Shown: positions 16,562 through 24,577 of the stretch, piece after piece | How the letters are laid out: each line of letters opens with the position of its first letter | How positions within the stretch are numbered: the first letter of the stretch is position 1 | NCBI GenBank assembly: GCA_005888465.1 | Contig: VAYJ01000004.1 | Coordinates: forward strand, 2,524-38,427 | Length of the DNA: 35,904 nt | Source: Actinomycetota bacterium | Lineage (GTDB): Bacteria; Actinomycetota; UBA4738 | Direction: 5' to 3' | Program-made: the position numbers and the translations under genes | Notes under the pieces: generated by a model | The model's input: only the letters and a program-made list of their open reading frames with translations | Databases searched by the model: none | What the model was told of the DNA's origin: nothing

Positions 16562-17766
16562 CGGTCCAGCCGGGCGCGCTCGGCCTCCGAGGCGACGCCG
16601 CTGCGGTAGTCAACGAACGCGCGCTCGGCCGGGTGCAGACGGAAGAGCGAGCCCATGCCCGTCACGGCGCCTGGCACGCCGGCGCGCTCGAGACACGCCT
16701 GCACGCCGCTCCGGAGCTTGCCGCCCACCTCGTCGAGCCGGTCGAACGCCTTCTCGTCCATCAGCTGCATCGCGGCGAGACCGGCCGCCATCGTCACCGG
16801 GTTAGCGTTGAACGTGCCGCCGTGGGGGACGAGCGGCTTGCCGCCCCGCGGATCGAACACGGCCATCACGTCCGCGCGCCCGCCGACGGCGCCGACGGGA
16901 AAACCGCCGCCGATGATCTTGCCTAGGCTCGTGAGGTCCGGCCGGATACCGAACACGCCCTGGGCGCCGTGGTAGCCGAGCCGGAAGCTGATGACCTCGT
17001 CAAAGATGAGGCAGATCCCGTGCACCGCCGTCACCTCGCGGATCGCGCGGAGGAAGTCGGCGCGCGCGGGGATCAAGCCGACTCGATTCGGCATCGGGTC
17101 GATGAGGACGGCGGCGAGGTTCTTCGCCTCTCGCTCGATGCGCGCCACTGCCAGCTCGGTCCGGTTGAACGGCAGCACGACCACGTCCTCGAGCACCGAG
17201 GCGGGCGTCCCCTTCGAGTACGGTATGGACGCCGGCGCCTCCAGCGGTCCCCACTCGTCGGGTCCGGAGCCGAGGCTGACCTCCGCCCAGTCGTACGAGC
17301 CGTGGTACGCGCCCTCGAACTTCGCGATCTTGGGCCGGCCGGTGAACCCGCGCGCGGCCTTGATGGCCATCATCACGGCTTCGCTGCCGGAGTTCGCGAA
17401 GCGCACCTGGTCCACGCCGTCAAGGCGGTCGACGATGAGCGCGGCGAGATCGATCTCCTCCGCCGTGGGCAGGGGGAACGCCGAGCCGCGCGCCAGCCGG
17501 CGGGTGGCGGCCTCGGTCACGGCGGGGTGGGCGTGCCCGTGGATCAGTGCCGTGTAGTTGTTGAGGAGATCAAGGCGCCGGTCGCCGTCGACGTCGATGA
17601 TCCAGCAGCCCTCGCCCTCCGCCGCGTAGATCGGCCGGGGCGCCATGTAAACGGTCGTGCGGGAGTTGCCGCCGGGCAGCACGCCCTGCGCGCGCTCCCA
17701 CAGCTTCGCCGACCGGGAGTCCGGCCTCGCATACGCCCGCGTCTCGGTGATCGTCCTCAGCGCCAT
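16420..17766 (-). CDS. Class-III PLP aminotransferase (glutamate-1-semialdehyde aminomutase-like)
   Basis: NSGSEA, KFEGAYHGSYD, LIFDEVISFR, SLGKIIGGGFPVGA (PLP Lys), HGGTFNANP. Start re-called at 17766 (MALRTITE) behind GAGGAG. The context is catabolic, so it is not called hemL. Confidence 0.92.
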   Translation of the reverse strand: MALRTITETRAYARPDSRSAKLWERAQGVLPGGNSRTTVYMAPRPIYAAEGEGCWIIDVDGDRRLDLLNNYTALIHGHAHPAVTEAATRRLARGSAFPLPTAEEIDLAALIVDRLDGVDQVRFANSGSEAVMMAIKAARGFTGRPKIAKFEGAYHGSYDWAEVSLGSGPDEWGPLEAPASIPYSKGTPASVLEDVVVLPFNRTELAVARIEREAKNLAAVLIDPMPNRVGLIPARADFLRAIREVTAVHGICLIFDEVISFRLGYHGAQGVFGIRPDLTSLGKIIGGGFPVGAVGGRADVMAVFDPRGGKPLVPHGGTFNANPVTMAAGLAAMQLMDEKAFDRLDEVGGKLRSGVQACLERAGVPGAVTGMGSLFRLHPAERAFVDYRSGVASEAERARLDRLYRKLIDHGILLAPTGLGCLSTAVGEAEIEYFLEVLNACIHNGDSA

Positions 17767-17801
17767 CGTCTCTCCTCTCCTCGTTGACCCGATCGCGTCC
17801 G

Positions 17802-19556
17802 TCAGCGCCGGGCGCGCGACTCGCGCAGGCGCGCCGTGGCGCCGACGTCGACGGCGGGCGGAGCGCCTCGCAGCACCACGCCGTAGTCGCGCTCGGCGTC
17901 CTCCACCGTGAAGTATCCGCGCGCGACGTCGCGGCACACCAGCGCGGGGTCACGGTCGAGCGGATCACCGTAGCCGCCGCCGCCCGGCGTGCGCACCGTG
18001 ATCAGATCGCCCGCCTTCACGCGGATGTCTTCGTCCTTCGACCAGTGGGGCGATATGTACGTGCGCCCGTCCTGCTCCAGGACCACCTCGTTGCGCGCGC
18101 CGTCGTGACCGCCGAACAGACCGGGAGGAGCGACGCGCCCGTGGTCCATCAGGTACGACAGCAGCCCCTCGCCGCGGCAGATGCGGACGCGATAGTCGAC
18201 GCCGAACCCGCCGCGCGTCTTTCCGGCGCCGCCCGACCGCTCGCGCAGCGCGTACTGCTCGAAGCGCAAGGGATAGTGCTGCTCCAGCACCTCCGTCGGC
18301 TGTGTCTTCGAGATCCCGATCGTCGAGCAGCCGTTCGTGAGCCCGTCATTGTCCAGGTGGCCGCCGTACCCGCCGCCGGAGAACACGTACATGATGTAGT
18401 GCCGCTCCTTCAGCGGGTCGTAACCGCCGAGCGTGAGGTTGCCGCTCGTGCCGGCGGGCGCCGCGAACAGGTCGTCGGGGATCGCGCGCGCCAGCGTGGT
18501 GAAGACACTCTCGGCGATGCGCGCGCTGACCTCGGCCGCGCAGCCGGAGACGGGGCTCGGGTACCGCGCGTAGAGGAACGTCTTGTGCGGGTCCGCGATG
18601 TGGAGGGGCTCGAAGCACCCGGCATTGATCGGCACGTCGGGGAAGATGTGCTTGATGGCCAAGTACACCGCCGCCTTCGTCGTCGCGATGACGCTGTTGA
18701 GCGGCCCGCGGCACGGCGGGCTCGACTCCGAGAAGTCGAAGTGGAGATCGCTGCCGTTCTTCTTGATGCGCAAGCGGATCGCCAGCGGGTCGGGCCCGAT
18801 GCCGTCGGAATCGAGGAAGGCCTCGCCGCCGTAGATGCCATCGGGGATCTTCGCGATGTGCGCTCGCATCATCTGCTCGGAGCGGTGGCGCAGCTCCGTC
18901 ACGCACGCGGTCACGATGTCCTCGCCGTAGCGGTCGATCAGCGCCGTGAGCCGCTTCTCGCCCACCGTGAGAGCGGCCACCTGCGCCTTGATGTCGCCGA
19001 TCCGCTCCTCCGGGACGCGGATGTTCGCCAGGATGATCGACAGGATGTCCTCGTCCATCACGCCCTCGCGAAACAGCTTCACGGGGGGCAGGCGGAGGCC
19101 CTCCTGCTGGACTTCCGTGGCGCGCGACGAGAAGCCGCCCGGCACCGAGCCGCCGGTATCGGGCCAGTGGCCCGTGTTCGAGAGGTATGACCAGAGCCGG
19201 CCGCGATAGAAGAACGGCTTCACCATCTTGACATCCATCAGGTGCGTACCGCCCGCGTACGGGTCGTTGATGATGAAGATGTCGCCGGGCTGCAAGCTCT
19301 CGTCGCCGCGCTGGGCGACGTGCTCGATCACCGCTCGTGTCGTGAACTGCATGACGCCGACGAAAATCGGCAGCCCCAGCTCCCCCTGTGCGATGACCTC
19401 GCCGTTGTCCTTGGAGTAGATGCCGTCGGAGCGGTCGAAGCCCTCCGAGATGACAGGCGAAAACGCCGCCCGCTCGAAGGTGAGGTCCATCTCGGTCGCG
19501 ACCTGCTGCAGGCCGTTCTGGACGACGACGAGCGTGACCGGGTCGATCGGCTTCAT
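17802..19556 (-). CDS. hyuB: Hydantoinase B / oxoprolinase family subunit
   Basis: MKPIDPVTL start; AFSPVISE, NDPYAGGTHLMD, HWPDTGG, EGLRLPP, SGGAGKTRGG, TPGGGGYGDP. Confidence 0.93.
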   Translation of the reverse strand: MKPIDPVTLVVVQNGLQQVATEMDLTFERAAFSPVISEGFDRSDGIYSKDNGEVIAQGELGLPIFVGVMQFTTRAVIEHVAQRGDESLQPGDIFIINDPYAGGTHLMDVKMVKPFFYRGRLWSYLSNTGHWPDTGGSVPGGFSSRATEVQQEGLRLPPVKLFREGVMDEDILSIILANIRVPEERIGDIKAQVAALTVGEKRLTALIDRYGEDIVTACVTELRHRSEQMMRAHIAKIPDGIYGGEAFLDSDGIGPDPLAIRLRIKKNGSDLHFDFSESSPPCRGPLNSVIATTKAAVYLAIKHIFPDVPINAGCFEPLHIADPHKTFLYARYPSPVSGCAAEVSARIAESVFTTLARAIPDDLFAAPAGTSGNLTLGGYDPLKERHYIMYVFSGGGYGGHLDNDGLTNGCSTIGISKTQPTEVLEQHYPLRFEQYALRERSGGAGKTRGGFGVDYRVRICRGEGLLSYLMDHGRVAPPGLFGGHDGARNEVVLEQDGRTYISPHWSKDEDIRVKAGDLITVRTPGGGGYGDPLDRDPALVCRDVARGYFTVEDAERDYGVVLRGAPPAVDVGATARLRESRARR

Positions 19557-21551
19557 GCGACTCCTCGCACGGAGATGATGAGGTTGCCTAACGCGTCGAC
19601 CTCGACCCGGTCGCCCGGCTCGACCACCGTGGTCGAGTCGAGCTGCTCCACGATGCGGCGTGTCGCGCCACGCGCCGTCGAACCACGCCCGGCGGCTCCC
19701 GGCTTTCGCGTCGGCCAGCGCGCCGCGTGCTGGTGCCGCCGCGAGCCCGTCCAGCGAGACCGGGGGACGGCGGCCGATGACCGCGGTGCGCAGGCTCATC
19801 ACGAGCGCGCGCATCTGCTTCAGCTCGACCTCGAAGCGTTCCCAGTACGCGCGCTCGAACCCCAGCAGGAGGTCGTCGCGCTCGAAGTTGGTGCGCGGGA
19901 TCGTGACCGTCAGCACGTGCGTCTGCCCGGCGAACTGCATGTCGGCCTGGTGCAGCACGCTGACCGTCTCGACCTCCACGCCCTCGGAGGCGAGCATGCG
20001 CTTGCCTTCCGCCACCTGCGCGGCCAGGATCGCGCGCGCCTCGTCGACGTCCATGCGGCCGACGTCCTGGTTGATCGTCCGCACGAAGTCGTGGCGGACG
20101 TCAGCCACGAGGCAGCCGAGCGCGGAGGTGATCCCGGGCCGCGCCGGCACCAGCACCTTGGGGATCACCAGCTCCCGCGCGAGCGCGACGGCGTGGAGCG
20201 GTCCGGCGCCGCCGAACGCGAACAGGATGAAGTCGCGCGGATCATAGCCGCGCTGCAACGACACGAGACGGATCGCGCCCGCCATTTTGTCGTTGGCCAC
20301 GCGGATGATGGCGGCGGCGACCTCGTCGGGGCCGAAGCCGAGGTGCGCGCCGATCTTCTTGTCGAAGATGTCCCGCACACGATCGAGCTCCGCCGCGCCC
20401 GCGACGCCGAGCAGCCCGTCCGGGTTCAGACGGCCGAGCAGGAGATTGGCGTCGGTCGTGGTCGGCTCGTCGCCACCGCGGCGGTAGCAGATCGGCCCCG
20501 GCTCGGCGCCGGCGCTCTCCGGTCCCACCTGCAGGATGCCGGCGGAGTTCACGCGCGCGATGGAGCCGCCGCCGGCGCCGATCGTGTGGATATCGATCAT
20601 CGGCACGCGGACGGGCAGCCCGTAGCCCATCTCCTTGTCGGCGGTCACGGCCGGCACGCCGTCGCGGATCACGCCGACATCGAAGCTGGTGCCGCCCATG
20701 TCGCACGAGATGACGTCGCGATAGCCCGCGGTGAGCGCGGTGTAGGCGGCGGCCTTGACCCCGGCCGCCGGCCCCGACATGAGCGTGTTGACGGCGTGGC
20801 GAGCGGCGACGTCGACCGACATGGTCCCGCCATTGCCTTGCATGACCAGCAGCTCGCGCCCGCAGCCCTCGCGCCGCAGCTCACCCGCGAGCGCTCGCAG
20901 GTACCGGTCGATCACCGGCTGCACGTAGCCGTTGATCGCCGCCGTGGAGCCGCGCTCGAACTCACGGTACTCGGGTAGAAGCTCCGCGCCGACGGTGACA
21001 TAAGCGTTCGGCCATACCGCGGCCGCGATCTCGCGCGCCCTCCGCTCGTGCCGGTCGTTGACGTAGGAGTGGATGAAGTGGATGACGAGCGCCTCGGCGC
21101 CGGCCGCGCGCAGCGCCTCGGCAGCGCGCCGCACCGCCTCCTCGTCGAGCGTGACCACCACTTCCCCTTCGGCATCCATGCGCTCGGGCACCTCGATGCG
21201 AAGATCGCGCGGGATGAGGGGCTCGAACGTTCCCTTGAGGCCGTACGGTGTGGGACGCGTGCGGCGTCCCAGCTCCAGCACGTCCCGGAAGCCGCCGGTG
21301 GTGATGAGCCCCACCACCGCGCCCTTGCGCTCGAGCAGCGCGTTCGTCGCCGTCGTCGTGCCGTGAACTAGGGCTTTGATCGCCGCCGGCGCGATGCCCA
21401 CCTCGCGCAGCGCGGCCAGCACGCCTTCCGCCTGATTGCGCACGGTCGTCGGGACCTTGGCGATGCGCACCTGCCCGGTAGCCTCGTCCATTAGGATGAG
21501 GTCGGTGAAGGTGCCGCCTACGTCGACGCCGATCAGATTCGTGGCGGCCAT
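19553..21551 (-). CDS. hyuA: Hydantoinase A / oxoprolinase family subunit with an internal deletion and frameshift near 19655 (now reads through into hyuB)
   Basis: IGVDVGGTFTD, HGTTTATNALLERKG, SGPAAGV, DMGGTSFD, IGAGGGSI, FGGAGPLH. The native tail IVEQLDSTTVVEPGDRVEVDALGNLIISVRGVA* is in another frame and ends in an ATGA overlap with hyuB. Confidence 0.9.
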
Positions 21552-21580
21552 GACTGCGGTGACCTCGTGGCTCATAGGAA

Positions 21581-21946
21581 CCGGGAATTCCGATATGGAC
21601 CGATCGCCGCCCCGGTGACGGCGTCCACCGAGCTGGCAGCCACTCTGGAACCCCTGGCGCCGGTTCAGCCCGTTGCCTCCGAGTGTGGTCGCTCCGACCG
21701 TGTCGTGCAAAGACACCGCCGCCGCGGCCCCCTCTCGCTGCTCATTCCCCCCGCTCCCTGTGCAGGACTCAGGAATCAGGTCGGATACGCCGCGAGCAGC
21801 TCGATACGCCCGAGGATCTTCCCAAAGAGGCGCTGCGTCAAGTGGCTTTCGGCCAGCTGGAGGATGAAGTACGGAGCATGCCGGATCAGGCGGCCGCCGG
21901 TCTTGAACGGCCGCTGTTGCGAGCTCGTCAGCGACCAATTCTGAAA
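21581..21946 (-). mobile_element. IS1380-family remnant: transposase C-terminus plus probable right end
   Basis: Minus strand 21943->21776 reads QNWSLTSSQQRPFKTGGRLIRHAPYFILQLAESHLTQRLFGKILGRIELLAAYPT*, matching the IS1380 transposase tail as recalled (WSLT.L..RL.K.G...RH.RY...QLAE). CCGGGAATTCCGATATG at 21581 resembles the terminal inverted repeat. Confidence 0.75.
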
Positions 21947-22135
21947 CCCCGATTGGCCGATGGGTCGAGCGAGATCCGAGCACGATGGGTACTGTGTATT
22001 TTAGGTCCGGCGGCTCCCGCAACCTCCCCGGGTTGAGCGGTGACACGGGGTGCACTCCAACGCGGTCGCATTCGCTCGCGCGAGCGTCGACATGGATCAT
22101 CGCCTCCTGGATCGACCTTAAGAGGGGCCGTGTAC

Positions 22136-22161
22136 TGTTCGTAACCGCTCGGTTGCGAACA
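22136..22161. repeat. 26-bp imperfect palindrome, copy 2 (TGTTCGTAACCG-CT-CGGTTGCGAACA)
   Basis: Read directly; same orientation as copies 1 and 3. Confidence 0.9.
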
Positions 22162-22319
22162 ACCGGCGAGGCGGAGCCCGAATTAAGCGCCACGATTTCG
22201 GCGCCCTTCAGTCGGCCGCAAGCTTCTTTGACCGTTGGGGCAGTGACCCAAAGGTTGGCCTTCAGATGATCTTCAAAAGACCTATAACGCCGTTAGGCTA
22301 CGCTCCCAATCTCTGTGGC

Positions 22320-22362
22320 TTGACGGCGCCCGACCCGGATGATAAATACGAAACTCAGTTTC
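22320..22362 (+). promoter_or_regulatory. Candidate sigma70 promoter and IclR-type operator
   Basis: TTGACG at 22320, an AT-rich TAAATA 17 bp later, and palindrome GAAAC-TCA-GTTTC at 22350-22362 just before ATG 22369. Confidence 0.5.
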
Positions 22363-22368
22363 CTCTTT

Positions 22369-23232
22369 ATGATCTCCACGACAACCTCCCGGGCTAGCGC
22401 AGCCAGCGTCGCCTCCGTCTCGCGGGCCATGCGCGTGCTGGATGCTTTCGCGAGCCATCCTGCTGGCGTGGCGCTCACCTCTCTCAGCGCCGAGCTAGGC
22501 TACGGCAAGGCGAGCCTCTCGAAGATCCTCGCCACGATGGCCCGCGAGGGATTCGTGCGGCGCGATCCCGTGAGCGCGCACTTCCACCTGAGCTGGCGGC
22601 TCCTCGCTCTCGCCTTCGGTCATGCCCAACGGGTGGGCATCCACGGGCTCTGCTCGCCCGTCCTCCAGGCGCTCGCTGACCAGACGGACGAGCTCGTCCA
22701 ACTCGCCGTCGTGGAGGACAACCACGTGCTCTTTGTCGCCAAGGCAGAAGGGCCGGGCCAGCAGATGCGGATGATGCCCCTGGTGGGCGTGGTGGCGCCG
22801 GTTCACGCCACAGCGAGTGGCAAGGTGTGGCTCGCGAGCCTGCCCCGCCCGGAGGCAGCGGCGGTCCTGGCGCGCCAGGGGCTCCCGCGGCTCGCTTCGC
22901 ACACCATTACCTCGCGGGAGCGTCTGCTCGCCCAGCTCCGCAACGTCCGTGCCCGCGGCTACGCCGTGGTCGATGAAGAGCTCGTGGACGGCGGGCGCGC
23001 GGTGGCCGCGCCGATCCTCAAGGCCGGGCACGTCGTCGGAGCCGTGGCGGTGTCGGGGCCGACGTTCCGCCTGCCCGTGGCGAAGCTGCACCGTCTGGCG
23101 CCGATCGTCCGCCGTGCGGCCGCGGAGCTGGAGGCGGTCTGGGTCCAGCATGTGACCGCGCGCGACTTCGGGCTCGGAGTGCGGCCGCCGGAGGGCCACC
23201 GGCGGGCCCCCGCGTCGCAGGCCAGCCGATGA
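22369..23232 (+). CDS. IclR family transcriptional regulator
   Basis: SVSRAMRVL wHTH start, HATASGKVWLA, VRARGYAVVDEE, AVAAPI, AVAVSGP. Start is 22369 or 22339. Confidence 0.93.
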   Translation: MISTTTSRASAASVASVSRAMRVLDAFASHPAGVALTSLSAELGYGKASLSKILATMAREGFVRRDPVSAHFHLSWRLLALAFGHAQRVGIHGLCSPVLQALADQTDELVQLAVVEDNHVLFVAKAEGPGQQMRMMPLVGVVAPVHATASGKVWLASLPRPEAAAVLARQGLPRLASHTITSRERLLAQLRNVRARGYAVVDEELVDGGRAVAAPILKAGHVVGAVAVSGPTFRLPVAKLHRLAPIVRRAAAELEAVWVQHVTARDFGLGVRPPEGHRRAPASQASR

Positions 23233-24101
23233 GTTTCGAGTACCACGAGCCGACGTCGCTGGCCGAGGCCGTCGACCTGGGCGCCCGCTTCGGCGCCGAC
23301 GGCCGCTTCCTCGCCGGCGGCACCGATCTCATTATCCAAATACGCCGGGGCAAGCTGCGCCTGCGCCACGTCGTGGGCCTGCACCGGGTCCCCGGTCTCG
23401 ACGGCATCGACGCCAACGGATCGGTGACCCTGGGGGCTCTCGTCACCCATCGAGCGCTGGAGCGCCATTCGGCCTTCCAGGGCCGCCTCCGCGCTCTCGT
23501 GGAGGGCGCGGAGGTCGTGGGGGGCCACCAGGTCCGGAACGTCGGCACCGTGGGCGGCAACATCGTCAACGCCTCACCCGCCGCCGATGTGACCCCCGTG
23601 CTCCTCACCCTCGACACCACGGTGACATGCGCGGGCCGGGGGGGGGAGCGTACGCTCCCCCTCGACGGCTTCCTTGTTGGTCCGGGCCAGACCGCGCTGC
23701 GCCCCGGGGAGCTCCTCACCGGTCTCCGTTTCTCCGCTCTCCCAGGACGCTCCGCCACGGCCTTTCTCAAGGCCGGCCGGCGCAAGGCTATGGAGATCTC
23801 CGTCGTCTGCGTGGCCGCGCGGCTCACGCTTGATGCGGCGGGCGAGCGCTGCGCCGAGGTCCGGATCGCCCTCGGCGCTGTCGCGCCGACGACGCGGCGC
23901 GCGCGGGCGGCCGAGCGAGCCCTCGAAGGCCGCGTACCGACGCCGGATGCGCTGCGAGCCGCGGGGAGACTCGCCGCGGCCGAGAGTCAGCCGATCAGTG
24001 ATGTCCGCGCCTCGGCGCGCTACCGCACCCTCGTCGTGGAGACGCTGGTGACCCGCGCGCTCACCCGCTGCCTCGAGCGCATCCGGGACGCGGCGTCGTG
24101 A
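23229..24101 (+). CDS. Mo-hydroxylase FAD-binding medium subunit (CoxM/XdhB type)
   Basis: YHEPTSLAEA, LAGGTDL, QVRNVGTVGGNIVNASPAAD, PISDVRASARYR; no Cys-rich [4Fe-4S] insert. Confidence 0.94.
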   Translation: MSFEYHEPTSLAEAVDLGARFGADGRFLAGGTDLIIQIRRGKLRLRHVVGLHRVPGLDGIDANGSVTLGALVTHRALERHSAFQGRLRALVEGAEVVGGHQVRNVGTVGGNIVNASPAADVTPVLLTLDTTVTCAGRGGERTLPLDGFLVGPGQTALRPGELLTGLRFSALPGRSATAFLKAGRRKAMEISVVCVAARLTLDAAGERCAEVRIALGAVAPTTRRARAAERALEGRVPTPDALRAAGRLAAAESQPISDVRASARYRTLVVETLVTRALTRCLERIRDAAS

Positions 24102-24577
24102 CGAAGGTCGCGCTCACCCTCACCATCAACGGCCAGCGCCACGAGGTGCTGACCGAGCCGCACCGCACGCTCCTCGACGTGCTCCGGGCCGACCTCGGCT
24201 TGACCGGCACCAAGGAGAACTGCCTTGAGGCAGAATGTGGCGTCTGCACGGTCCTCCTCGATGGCCGGGCGGTGAATGCCTGCATCCTCCTCGCCGCCCA
24301 GTGCCAGGGGCGCCAGGTGCTCACGATCGAGGGACTGGGGCGCGATGGCCAGCTCCACCCGCTCCAGCAGGCGTTCATCGATCACGGTGCGGTGCAGTGC
24401 GGTTACTGCATCCCGGCTATGATCCTCTCCGCAAAGGCTTACCTCGACGAGCACCCCGCGCCGACTGAGGCCCACGTGCGAGAGGCGCTCGCCGGGAATC
24501 TCTGCCGCTGCACCGGGTACCAGAAGATTGCAGATGCGGTTCTCGCGGCCGCGCGCGAGCTCGCCCACCGGAGGTGA
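24098..24577 (+). CDS. Mo-hydroxylase 2x[2Fe-2S] small subunit
   Basis: GTKENCLEAECGVCTV, QCGYCIP, GNLCRCTGY. Confidence 0.95.
   Translation: MTKVALTLTINGQRHEVLTEPHRTLLDVLRADLGLTGTKENCLEAECGVCTVLLDGRAVNACILLAAQCQGRQVLTIEGLGRDGQLHPLQQAFIDHGAVQCGYCIPAMILSAKAYLDEHPAPTEAHVREALAGNLCRCTGYQKIADAVLAAARELAHRR

Noticed and set aside
16420-17766. hemL assignment
   Set aside because: Family-level similarity only; it is embedded in a transport/hydantoinase operon with no tetrapyrrole genes.
21950-22110. Minus-strand CAGGAGG-ATG (22100) as the start of a small gene or recombinase remnant
   Set aside because: The peptide MIHVDARASECDRV... shows no recognisable motif and runs into the IS remnant.
21552-22193. 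N-terminal 214 aa of the 1463-aa track ORF
   Set aside because: Chance open frame across the IS remnant and palindrome 2; hydantoinase similarity starts at MAATNLIGVDVGG (21551).
22281-22298. CCTATAACGCCGTTAGGC resembles an integron attI core (GTTRRRY)
   Set aside because: No integron integrase, attC site or cassette-like ORF nearby; a short match may be chance.
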